A DNA stretch of 64,000 nucleotides from Pseudomonadota bacterium (GTDB lineage: Bacteria; Pseudomonadota; Gammaproteobacteria; Burkholderiales; Thiobacillaceae): contig JAUYET010000075.1 in NCBI GenBank assembly GCA_030691265.1, forward strand, positions 880 through 64,879, in the 5' to 3' direction. Shown here piece after piece: positions 30,597-39,252 of the stretch. Under the pieces are notes generated by a model. The model saw only the letters and a list, made by a program, of their open reading frames with translations. It did not search any database and was not told the DNA's origin. Made by a program: the position numbers and the translations under genes. Within the stretch, counting starts at the first letter, position 1; the number at the start of each line of letters is the position of its first letter.

Positions 30597-31699
30597 GCGT
30601 CATCAATCAGGTGCTGAAGGATCTCGACCGCCAGGGCGCCAATACCAGCGTGCCGAGCGGCGTGATCGCCATCAATCAGCGTGATGCCGCCGCGCCGCGC
30701 TGGCCCTGGTTGTTGCTCGCTGGGGCGATGCTGGCGGCAGCGGCCTGGTGGTTCTGGCCGGCCGCGCCCGCCCCGCGTGCAGCCATTCCCTCCCCTCCGC
30801 CAGCCTTGTCGACGCCGGTCGAGACCGCGCCGCAACTTCAGTTGTCACAGCAGCTCAGCCCATTGCCGGAGCCAGCCCACGTAGGGCGGAATCCCCGCAA
30901 GGGGGAGGCCGAGTCCGTAAGCGCTGAAGCGCAACGGCCTCGCTCAAGCGAAGCGCCTTCCGCCAACGCTCCAACCGTCGAAGCGTCCGCACCGGCAACC
31001 ATCATTGCGAAGCCGCGTCTCGATACCCGTTTGCCTGAGCCGCGCCCGCCCGAGTTACGCCAACCCGAAGTTGCCAAAGCTCAGGTGGTCAAGGAAATCA
31101 AACCGCTGACGCCGCAAGCCCAGGCCGAAGAAGCTTGGCGGCAAGCCAGCCGCTTGCTCGAACAAGGCCGTAACCACGACGCACAGGACAAGCTGGAAAG
31201 CGCGTTGCGCCTGGACCCGGCGCATGCCGGCGCACGCCAGAGTCTGATCGCGCTGGTTCTGGAAGCAGGCGATGGCGCCCGCGCCGAAACGCTGTTGCGC
31301 GAAGGGCTGGCGCTGCAAGCGAACGATCCCTGGTACCCGCGCAGCCTGGCGCAACTGCAACTGCAACGCGGCGACTATGCACAAGCCGCAGCCATCCTGA
31401 AAACCGGACTCGGGAAACGCCCCGACACCGCCAACTGGGGCCTCTATGCCAGCACGCTGGCCAAACTCGGCAAGCCGGGAGACGCCGCCCAAGCCTATCG
31501 CGAGGCGTTGCGCCCGAACCCGGCGCAAGGAGGCCAGGCGGAGCGTGGCAACTGGTGGATCGGCCTCGCCGTCGCGCTGGAACAAAACGGCGAGAAAGTT
31601 GAAGCCGCCGCCGCCTATCAGCGCGCCCTGCAAACCCGGTTGAGCAGCGAACTGCGCGAATTCGCCCAGCAGAAAGCCCGGGAATTGGTGGCGCGTTAA
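30593..31699 (+). CDS. mshN: MshN (TM plus Pro/Ala-rich linker plus TPR domain)
   Basis: MSVINQVLKDLD start, a single TM, and C-terminal TPR helices. The linker contains a REP-derived segment (see findings). Confidence 0.65.
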   Translation: MSVINQVLKDLDRQGANTSVPSGVIAINQRDAAAPRWPWLLLAGAMLAAAAWWFWPAAPAPRAAIPSPPPALSTPVETAPQLQLSQQLSPLPEPAHVGRNPRKGEAESVSAEAQRPRSSEAPSANAPTVEASAPATIIAKPRLDTRLPEPRPPELRQPEVAKAQVVKEIKPLTPQAQAEEAWRQASRLLEQGRNHDAQDKLESALRLDPAHAGARQSLIALVLEAGDGARAETLLREGLALQANDPWYPRSLAQLQLQRGDYAQAAAILKTGLGKRPDTANWGLYASTLAKLGKPGDAAQAYREALRPNPAQGGQAERGNWWIGLAVALEQNGEKVEAAAAYQRALQTRLSSELREFAQQKARELVAR

Positions 31700-31810
31700 C
31701 TTTCCCGCCCTACGACGGGGGCTACCCGAATCCATTCGGCCTGCAAGCGGGCATCCTCCCGGGGATATACGCGACTAAACTTCGCCCTGTTTCTATCTCG
31801 CTGCGCCGTC

Positions 31811-33127
31811 ATGGTCCCTCACCTCACTACTGCACTTACCGGTCCCTTGCTGGAACTGGAACGCCATGTCATCGAGGCGCAGACCGACATCGAACACTGG
31901 TTCCGCCGCCAATGGATGCAACATGCCGCGCCGTTCTACAGCTCGGTCGATCTGCGCAATGCCGGCTTCAAGCTGGCGCCGGTGGATACCAACCTGTTCC
32001 CGGGCGGCTTCAACAACCTGAACCCGGATTTCATGCCGCTGGCGGTGCAGGCGGCGCAGGTGGCGGTGGAAAAGATGTGCGGCGATGCGCGCCGCTTCCT
32101 GATCATTCCCGAGAACCACACGCGCAACCTGTTCTATCTGCAAAACGTCGCCGCGCTGGCCGACATCATCCGCAAGACCGGTTTGACGGTGCGTTTCGGC
32201 AGCCTGATTCCGGACCTGCAAGAGCCGCTGACGCTGGACCTGCCGGACGGCGGCCAACTGACGCTGGAGCCGGTGCGGCGCGAAGGCGACCGGCTGTTGC
32301 TCGATCCAGAATCCAAACACCACGCGCGCTTCGAGCCCTGTTCCATCCTGCTCAACAACGACCTTTCCGCCGGTGCGCCGGCGATTCTGCAAGGGCTGGA
32401 TCCGGCTCAGATCATGCTGCCGCCGCTGCACGCGGGCTGGGCGACGCGGCGAAAATCCAACCATTTCGCCGCCTACGATCAGGTCGCGCGTGAGTTTTCC
32501 GCCTTGATTGGCATCGACCCGTGGCTGATCAATCCGTATCACGCCAACTGTGGCGAGGTGAATTTCCAGGCCCGCGGGGACGCAAAATCGGGTGAAGACT
32601 GCCTGGTCCATCACGTCGAGGAAGTGCTCGCCAAAACCCGCCTCAAATATGCCGAATACGGCATCGACCGGGAACCCTTCGTCATCGTCAAAGCCGATGC
32701 CGGCACCTATGGCATGGGCATCATGACGGTGAAATCCGCCGACGATGTGCGCGACCTGAACCGCAAACAACGCAACAAGATGGCGGTGGTCAAGGAGGGC
32801 CTGGAAGTCACTCAGGTGCTGGTGCAGGAAGGCGTGCCGACCTTCGAGAGCATCAACGAAGCCGTCGCCGAGCCGGTTGTTTACATGATCGACCACTTCG
32901 TCATCGGCGGCTTCTACCGCGTCCACACCAGCCGCGGCATCGACGAGAACCTCAACGCTGCCGGCATGCATTTCGTACCGCTGGCATTCGACCAGATCGG
33001 CAGCTTCTGCGACTGCGGCCTGCGCCCCGACGCGCCGGTCAACCGCTTCTACACCTACGGCGTGCTGGCCCGTCTGGCGGCGCTGGCGGCGGCGCTGGAG
33101 CTGGAGCAGACGGAACCCAAGGCATGA
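31811..33127 (+). CDS. gshA: Glutamate--cysteine ligase (betaproteobacterial type)
   Basis: FYSSVDLRNAGFKLAPVDTNLFPGGFNNL signature. Followed by gshB with an ATGA overlap. Confidence 0.8.
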   Translation: MVPHLTTALTGPLLELERHVIEAQTDIEHWFRRQWMQHAAPFYSSVDLRNAGFKLAPVDTNLFPGGFNNLNPDFMPLAVQAAQVAVEKMCGDARRFLIIPENHTRNLFYLQNVAALADIIRKTGLTVRFGSLIPDLQEPLTLDLPDGGQLTLEPVRREGDRLLLDPESKHHARFEPCSILLNNDLSAGAPAILQGLDPAQIMLPPLHAGWATRRKSNHFAAYDQVAREFSALIGIDPWLINPYHANCGEVNFQARGDAKSGEDCLVHHVEEVLAKTRLKYAEYGIDREPFVIVKADAGTYGMGIMTVKSADDVRDLNRKQRNKMAVVKEGLEVTQVLVQEGVPTFESINEAVAEPVVYMIDHFVIGGFYRVHTSRGIDENLNAAGMHFVPLAFDQIGSFCDCGLRPDAPVNRFYTYGVLARLAALAAALELEQTEPKA

Positions 33128-34083
33128 ACCTCCTCTTCATCGCCGACCCGCTGGCGACCTTCAAGACTTACAAGGATTCGACCTACGCGATGATGGTCGA
33201 GGCGGCGCGGCGCGGGCATGGGTTGTGCGCCATGCTGGCCGGCGATCTGGCCTGGTCTGGTGGAAAAACAAGTGGCAAGGTCGTTGGACGGATGCAGGCC
33301 ATCATGCTCACCGGCAGCGATCCCTGGTTCGGCGCAGGCGAGTCCGAATGGCGCGATCTGGCGTCGTTCGATGCGGTGATCATGCGTACCGACCCGCCGT
33401 TCGATCAGGCTTATCTCTATGCCACCTGGCTGCTGGAGATGGCCGAGCGGCAGGGCGCGCGGGTGTTCAACCGGCCGCAAGCGCTGCGCGATTACAACGA
33501 GAAGCTGGCCATCGCCCGTTTTCCGCAATTCATCGCGCCGACTTTGGTGAGCGGCGATGCCGCGCTGATTCGTGCGTTTCTGGCCGAGCAGGGCGACATC
33601 GTGGTGAAGCCGCTCAACGCGATGGGCGGCAGCGGGATCTTCCGTCTGCGCCCGGACGATCCCAATCTGGGCGCGATTCTGGAAACGGTGACCCGCAACG
33701 GCGCCGAGACCATCATGGCGCAGCGTTATCTGCCGGAGATCAAAAACGGCGACAAACGCATCCTGGTCATCGACGGCGAGGCGGTGCCGTATTGCCTGGC
33801 GCGCATTCCGGCCGAGGGCGAGACGCGCGGCAATCTGGCCGCCGGCGGCACCGGCGTGGCGCGGCCGTTGACTGAGCGGGACTGGGGAATCGCCCGCGCG
33901 CTCGGGCCGCACCTTCAAGCTGCCGGACTCTTGCTGGTCGGGCTGGATGTGATCGGCGATTGCCTGACCGAGGTCAACGTGACCAGCCCGACCTGTTTCC
34001 AGGAAATCACCCAGCAGACCGGCTTCGATGTGGCGGCGATGTTTTTGGATGCGCTGGAGAGCCGTGTGAGAGGGCTGGCGTGA
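33124..34083 (+). CDS. gshB: Glutathione synthase
   Basis: MNLLFIADPL..KDSTYAMM and an ATP-grasp pattern (GGSGIFRL, KRILVIDGE). Confidence 0.9.
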   Translation: MNLLFIADPLATFKTYKDSTYAMMVEAARRGHGLCAMLAGDLAWSGGKTSGKVVGRMQAIMLTGSDPWFGAGESEWRDLASFDAVIMRTDPPFDQAYLYATWLLEMAERQGARVFNRPQALRDYNEKLAIARFPQFIAPTLVSGDAALIRAFLAEQGDIVVKPLNAMGGSGIFRLRPDDPNLGAILETVTRNGAETIMAQRYLPEIKNGDKRILVIDGEAVPYCLARIPAEGETRGNLAAGGTGVARPLTERDWGIARALGPHLQAAGLLLVGLDVIGDCLTEVNVTSPTCFQEITQQTGFDVAAMFLDALESRVRGLA

Positions 34084-34094
34084 ACGACGTAGTT

Positions 34095-34167
34095 GTAGGT
34101 TGGGCAAAGCGCAGCGTGCCCAACATTGACCGGTGCTGTTGGGCACGCTGCGCTTTGCCCAACCTAC
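34095..34167. repeat. REP pair (gtaggttgggcaaagc family)
   Basis: Palindrome. It overlaps the 5' end of the longest apbE ORF. Confidence 0.85.
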
Positions 34168-35174
34168 TCTTGCTACTAGCTGCTTTTTTTCTCTCCGGTT
34201 GCGGCGAAAAGCTGCACAAACAGCAGTCCTACGTGTTCGGTACGCTGGTCGAAATCACCGTTTATGGCGAGGATGCCGCCAAGGCGAAGCGGGTCACCGA
34301 TCAGGTGCTGAAGGATTTCGACGCGATGCACCAGACCTTGCATGCCTGGCAGCCGGGCGCGCTGGAACGCATCAACGGCATCCTCGCATTGGCGCAGCCT
34401 GGCAAGCCGCCAACGGCTCCGCTGCCGCCCGAGCTGATTCCGATTCTGCAAGATGCGAGTCGGCTGTCGGCGTTGTCGGAAGGCCTGTTCAACCCAGCCA
34501 TCGGCAATCTGGTGCGGCTGTGGGGCTTTCATTCCGATACCTTCGAGCCGCGCTTGCCGGACCCGCAAGAAATCGAACGTCTGGTCAAGGCGCAGCCCGG
34601 CATGGCCGACCTGCGCATCGACGGCTTGATGCTGAGCGGCGCCAACCCGGCGGTGCGGCTCGATCTGGGCGGTTATGCCAAGGGCTATGCGCTCGATCTG
34701 GCGGCGGCGACCATGAAGCGTCAGGGCGTCGACAACGCGCTGATCAACATCGGCGGCAACATCCTGGCGCTCGGGCAAAAAGGCGGCCAGCCCTGGAAGG
34801 TCGGCATTCAGCATCCGCGCCGCGCCGGTGCGCTGGCGACGCTGGAATTGCATGATGGCGAGGCGATCGGCACGTCCGGCGATTACCAGCGCTTTTTCGA
34901 GGTGGACGGCCAACGCTATTGCCACCTGATCGACCCGCGTACCGGCTGGCCGGCGAAGCAGACGCAGGCGGTGACGGTGATCGCCCGCGGCGCGCATGCC
35001 GGCACGCTGTCCGATGTCGCCAGCAAGCCGTTGTTCATCGGCGGGCCATCAGAATGGCGGCGTCTCGCCGGCAAGATGGGCATCGTCGAGGCGCTATTCA
35101 TCGCCGCCGACGGCAACATCGAAACGACGCCGGAGATGGCCAAACGGCTGATCTGGGAAACCGGTTCAAAGTGA
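34155..35174 (+). CDS. apbE: FAD:protein FMN transferase ApbE (lipoprotein); start uncertain
   Basis: Lipobox FFLSGC, ApbE motifs FNPAIG, DLGGYAKGYA, TSGDYQR. There is no in-frame ATG near the signal peptide; TTG at 34155 or 34170 is proposed. Confidence 0.7.
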   Translation: MPNLLLLLAAFFLSGCGEKLHKQQSYVFGTLVEITVYGEDAAKAKRVTDQVLKDFDAMHQTLHAWQPGALERINGILALAQPGKPPTAPLPPELIPILQDASRLSALSEGLFNPAIGNLVRLWGFHSDTFEPRLPDPQEIERLVKAQPGMADLRIDGLMLSGANPAVRLDLGGYAKGYALDLAAATMKRQGVDNALINIGGNILALGQKGGQPWKVGIQHPRRAGALATLELHDGEAIGTSGDYQRFFEVDGQRYCHLIDPRTGWPAKQTQAVTVIARGAHAGTLSDVASKPLFIGGPSEWRRLAGKMGIVEALFIAADGNIETTPEMAKRLIWETGSK

Positions 35175-35260
35175 ACAAGTGCGGGGCGGATTGGCTATAG
35201 TTCGCTTCGAACGGTTTTCGGCTGCTGCCGAATAACCGAACTGTTGGGGGATAAAGCACT

Positions 35261-35824
35261 ATGTACGCGTGGAAAAGTCATTTTGTCGTGCAATCCGACT
35301 ATCAACACTGGGCCAATGAGGTGTTGTTCACGGCGCTGGATTATCTTCAGCCCGATGCCATCGACAGCGATCAAGGCCTGTTCTTCAACAGCATTCACCA
35401 CACCGTCGATCACATGTTGCTGGTCAGCCAGCTCTGGCTGGCGCGCCTGCAAGGCGAGAGCCTGGCGGTGAACTTCAAGTGCATCAACAACCCGGATTGG
35501 CGTGAACTCAAGATCGCCCTGCGGCGCGAAACCCGCAAGTTGCAAACCTGGCTGGAGGCGCAGTCGCCGGAGTTCTTCGATACCCAGATCGTATTCACCG
35601 GCAGCGATAGCAAATCTCGCTCGATGTGGGTGCGCGACGTCCTGACCCACCTGTTCACGCATTACGCCCATCATCGCGGACAGATTTCCGCCGTCGCTAC
35701 CCGTCTTGGTGTGCCCAGCCCGGAGATGGATTTCTTTTACTACCGGCGTGAGATGGAACGCCTGCTCAGTGAGATGAGGCAGGTGGCAGCGCCTGAGGCA
35801 TCGGCGCCTGAAGCAGCGGTGTGA
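35261..35824 (+). CDS. DinB-family (DinB/YfiT-like) metalloenzyme
   Basis: YQHWANEVLF, HHTVDHMLLV, YAHHRGQIS His-triad pattern. Confidence 0.75.
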   Translation: MYAWKSHFVVQSDYQHWANEVLFTALDYLQPDAIDSDQGLFFNSIHHTVDHMLLVSQLWLARLQGESLAVNFKCINNPDWRELKIALRRETRKLQTWLEAQSPEFFDTQIVFTGSDSKSRSMWVRDVLTHLFTHYAHHRGQISAVATRLGVPSPEMDFFYYRREMERLLSEMRQVAAPEASAPEAAV

Positions 35825-36317
35825 TCAGATCGTCGAGCCGGCCGGCATGAACCTGGCCGTCGATCTTGTGGCGCACGATGCCGTTGCGGTCGATGATGAA
35901 TGACAACGGTACCCGTGCAACACCGCCAAATGCGGCGGTTACCTCGTTCGAGGCCAGGGGCGCCGGAAAGGTATAACCCTCGGCGCGCAGGTAGGCATCC
36001 ACCTCGGTCTGGGTTTTATCGATGCTGTAGGCGACAATCTCGAACCCTTTCGCCTTGTTGTCTTGATAGAACGCCTGCATCGCCGGCATTTCGTGGCGGC
36101 AGTACGGGCACCAGGTGGCCCAGAAATTCACCAGCACCACTTTGCCGCGCAGGTCGCTCAGGCGCTTCCCCGGCAGAGCGGGCACATCCGGCGCGGCATA
36201 GGCCAGGTCGTCCACAGCGGCCGGCGGCCGGAACCAGAGGTACACGATCAGCCCGATCAGAATTGCCGTGACCGGGCTGGGTTTCAGTTTCTTGAGGAAT
36301 TCCCTTGTCTTCGTCAT
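35766..36317 (-). CDS. TlpA-family thiol:disulfide oxidoreductase
   Basis: N-terminal TM, then VLVNFWATWCPYCRHEMP. Confidence 0.8.
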   Translation of the reverse strand: MTKTREFLKKLKPSPVTAILIGLIVYLWFRPPAAVDDLAYAAPDVPALPGKRLSDLRGKVVLVNFWATWCPYCRHEMPAMQAFYQDNKAKGFEIVAYSIDKTQTEVDAYLRAEGYTFPAPLASNEVTAAFGGVARVPLSFIIDRNGIVRHKIDGQVHAGRLDDLITPLLQAPMPQALPPASSH

Positions 36318-38104
36318 CCGATAAGTCCAGTAAACCCAAACCCAAACGCAACACGCTCGGCATTAAACCCGATGCCGGCGGCGATGCCGCTAAAAAAGAA
36401 GACGCCGGCTGGCGTCCGCCGGTGCGTGGCCGCCATACGCCGCGCACGCGGGTAGCCTCGCCGGATACGCCGAAAAGAGCGGGTGAGGGATCGGCGCCGA
36501 CCATTTCCAGGCGGGAGCGTCCCGAAGCGGCCGAGCGGCCGCCTCGGTCTGCGTATGCCGACAAGCCTCGACGCGCCGAACGCCCGGATCAATCCGAGCG
36601 CCGGCCTGAACACCGACCCGAGCGCCCCGATCGGCCTGACTTCAGCGGCAAATCGGATGACCGCACCGAAGCGACCGGACGCGGCAGAACCTCGGGCCGT
36701 TCCGGTTATTCGGAACGTGACAATGCAGCGCGCCCGGATCGCCCCGCCGCTGTAGCGCCGGAGCGCAAATCGGGCAGTTTGTCGAATTTGCCAGCCAACC
36801 CGCGCCGGCGCGAAATCAGCCCGGAAACGCGGGCCGAGCTGGATAGGCCGTCCTATTCAAAACCCTCAACCCCCTCAAAACCGTCTTACGACCGACCGCG
36901 CCACGACAAGCCCGCCGCGCAGCCACGTTCCTCGTATCGCGCACCGGTCGGCTACCAGTTCTTCGCCTCCTGCCCGCGCGGCCTGGAAGAGGAACTGTGC
37001 AAGGAATTGCACGACCTGGGCGCGACCGACATCGTGCCCGCCTCCGGCGGCGTCGGTTTCATCGGCGACATGCCGACCGGCTGGAAGATCAACCTGTGGA
37101 GCCGGCTGGCGATTCGCGTCTTGTGGCGGGTCGGCGAAGGCCATTACAAGAAAGAGGAAGACCTCTACCAGGCCGCACTCGCCTTGGACTGGCCGTCCTG
37201 GTTCGACGTCAATCGCACCATCGCGGTGACCACCGTCGGCAAGAACAGCCCGCTGCCCAGTCTCAATTTCGTCAGCCTGCGCATCAAGGACGCGATCTGC
37301 GACCGCTTCCGCGAAGCCACCGGCGAGCGGCCCAGTGTCGATACCCGCAAGCCGGATATCCCGCTGACGTTGTTTCTCAGCTCCGACCGCTACACGCTGT
37401 ACCTCGACCTGTCCGGCGAACCGCTGAACCGGCGCGGCTATCGCGTGCAGCCCTCGGGCGCGCCGCTGAACGAAAACCTCGCCGCCGGCATGCTGCTGCT
37501 GTCCGGCTGGACGCCGGGCACGCCGCTGTTCGACCCGATGATGGGCGGCGGCACCATCCTGCTGGAAGCCGCGCTGATGTCGCTCAATATCGCGCCCGGC
37601 CTGCGTCGCCACTTCGCCTTCGAGAATCTGAAAACCTTCGACCGCATGGAATGGCTGCGTCTGCACAAGGACGCCGAAGCCGCCGTGCTGGAACGCGAGC
37701 CGCTGCCGATCTTCGGCTCCGACATCGACCCGGCGATGATTCGCGCCGCCGGCCTCAACCTGCGCGCCGCCGGCCTGTTCGATTGCGTGCGCCTGATGGA
37801 AGCCGATTTCCTCAACGTCGATCCGCCTATGGAGAGCGGCTACATCGTCAGCAACCCGCCCTACGGCGTGCGCATGGATTTGCCGATGAGCGGCGAGGAA
37901 GACCCGGGCGTGTTCTACAAAGCCATCGGCGACAACCTGAAGCAGCACTTCCCCGGTTGGACGGTTTTCCTGCTCTCCGCCGACCCGGAGCTGCCCAAAC
38001 GCATCGGCCTGCAAGCCAGCCGCCGCATCCCGCTGTACAACGGGCCGCTGGAATGCCGGCTGGTGGAATATCGGCTGGTGGCGGGGAGCAATCGGAAGGA
38101 GTGA
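36305..38104 (+). CDS. THUMP-domain class I SAM-dependent RNA methyltransferase (RlmL-like) with a ~210-aa basic, low-complexity N-terminal extension
   Basis: FFASCPRGLEEEL THUMP start, the NPPYG catalytic motif, and strong third-position GC bias through the extension. The start (TTG at 36305) is uncertain. Confidence 0.7.
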   Translation: MSSSSDKSSKPKPKRNTLGIKPDAGGDAAKKEDAGWRPPVRGRHTPRTRVASPDTPKRAGEGSAPTISRRERPEAAERPPRSAYADKPRRAERPDQSERRPEHRPERPDRPDFSGKSDDRTEATGRGRTSGRSGYSERDNAARPDRPAAVAPERKSGSLSNLPANPRRREISPETRAELDRPSYSKPSTPSKPSYDRPRHDKPAAQPRSSYRAPVGYQFFASCPRGLEEELCKELHDLGATDIVPASGGVGFIGDMPTGWKINLWSRLAIRVLWRVGEGHYKKEEDLYQAALALDWPSWFDVNRTIAVTTVGKNSPLPSLNFVSLRIKDAICDRFREATGERPSVDTRKPDIPLTLFLSSDRYTLYLDLSGEPLNRRGYRVQPSGAPLNENLAAGMLLLSGWTPGTPLFDPMMGGGTILLEAALMSLNIAPGLRRHFAFENLKTFDRMEWLRLHKDAEAAVLEREPLPIFGSDIDPAMIRAAGLNLRAAGLFDCVRLMEADFLNVDPPMESGYIVSNPPYGVRMDLPMSGEEDPGVFYKAIGDNLKQHFPGWTVFLLSADPELPKRIGLQASRRIPLYNGPLECRLVEYRLVAGSNRKE

Positions 38105-38127
38105 ATCGGTAGCGCTGTGGAAGTTTT

Positions 38128-38202
38128 GTAGGTTGGGCAAAGCACAGCGTGCCCAACATCGGAGCGTGAAATGTTGGGCACGCTGCGCTTTGCCCAACCT
38201 AC
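38128..38202. repeat. REP pair (gtaggttgggcaaagc family)
   Basis: Palindrome between convergent genes. It overlaps the stop codon of the permease gene. Confidence 0.85.
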
Positions 38203-38966
38203 TTCAGCAGCCGCCGCCGCGTCAGCACCAGCGCCGCCGAGAACCCCGCCAGGCCATACGCAATCAGCGCCAGGCCGTGCAGCATGACGGACTCGGGAAT
38301 CCGTCCCAACACCAGCGGCCGCGCCAGCTCGATGGCGTGGGTCAGCGGCAGCCAGGCGGCGATGCCGGCCAGCCAGACCGGTAGCGCGGTGGGCGGATAA
38401 AACACGCCGCCGAGCAGAATCATCGGCGTGATCGCCAGCGTGAAGTAGTAGAGGAAGAAATCGTAGTTCGGCGACACCGCGTTGATCGCCAGGCCCATGC
38501 CGGCGAAGCAGAAGCCGGTCAGCAGCGCCACCGGCAGCAACGCCAGCGTCATGCCGAAATCGGCATACAGCCCCAGCGTCCAGATCACCAGCATGATGGC
38601 GATCGCCGACAGCAGGCTCTTGGATGTCGCCCAGAACAGCTCGCCCAGCAGCACGTCTTTCAAGGTCAGCGGCGTATTCAGGATCGCTTCCCAGGTTTTC
38701 TGCACGTGCATGCGCGAGAACGCCGAATACAGCGTCTCGAACGTCGCGCTGTTCATCACGCTATAGGCCAGCGTGCCGGCGGCCAGGAAGTTGAGGTAGG
38801 GCACGCCATCCACCTCTTTCAGCAGGCCGCCGAGGCCGTAGCCGAGGCCCAGCATGTACAGCATCGGGTCGGCCAGATTGCCCAGCAGCGACGGCATCGC
38901 CAGCTTCTTCCAGACCAGAAAGTTGCGCCGCCAGACCGGGTACCAGTTGAGGGGGAGGGCATGCAT
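38199..38966 (-). CDS. ABC-2 type transporter permease (NodJ-like)
   Basis: WYPVWRRNFLVWKK start motif and six TM segments. No cognate ATPase gene is adjacent. Confidence 0.7.
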   Translation of the reverse strand: MHALPLNWYPVWRRNFLVWKKLAMPSLLGNLADPMLYMLGLGYGLGGLLKEVDGVPYLNFLAAGTLAYSVMNSATFETLYSAFSRMHVQKTWEAILNTPLTLKDVLLGELFWATSKSLLSAIAIMLVIWTLGLYADFGMTLALLPVALLTGFCFAGMGLAINAVSPNYDFFLYYFTLAITPMILLGGVFYPPTALPVWLAGIAAWLPLTHAIELARPLVLGRIPESVMLHGLALIAYGLAGFSAALVLTRRRLLK

Positions 38967-39066
38967 GGGTTTTCTCGCTACAGTTGTATGGAACATCCGC
39001 TTCGCTTGAACTATCGCCTACCGTTGCAGCCGTTCGGCGCGTTGCGTAGCATCCACTCGGGTGTCC

Positions 39067-39108
39067 GATGAGTTTATCGCGATGAATTTATCGCGATGAG
39101 TTTATCGA
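39067..39108. repeat. Tandem repeat, 14 bp x3 (gatgaRtttatcgc)
   Basis: Three consecutive units in the divergent intergenic region. Confidence 0.8.
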
Positions 39109-39161
39109 TAAAGCGCATCTTGCCAGCAATGGCAGCGCCCAACCCCGCTTCTCCCGGCAAT

Positions 39162-39200
39162 ATCCAGACCCGCATCCAGACCGCATCCAGACCGCATCCA
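39162..39200. repeat. Tandem repeat, 11-12 bp x3.3 (atccagacc(c)gc)
   Basis: Consecutive units upstream of metF. Confidence 0.8.
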
Positions 39201-39252
39201 ACGTTTTGCAACGGCCGCCTCCTTTTTTGCTTCGACCACCCACGCCACCACC

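Noticed and set aside
36875-38197. 440-aa minus-strand ORF. Similar long antisense ORFs lie at 17059-18144, 31793-32971, 33055-34146, 39088-40023, 45264-46289 and 60213-61118
   Set aside because: Each lies opposite a gene with clear family motifs. Several begin inside REP elements (MGKAQRAQH-type N-termini are just translated REP). No independent coding evidence exists.
39109-39252. Possible SAH or other riboswitch in the metF leader (a ..gcaacggccgcctcc.. segment)
   Set aside because: I could match only a short fragment to what I recall of the SAH riboswitch consensus. I could not build the required pseudoknot or helices by eye. A covariance-model scan (Rfam) is needed.
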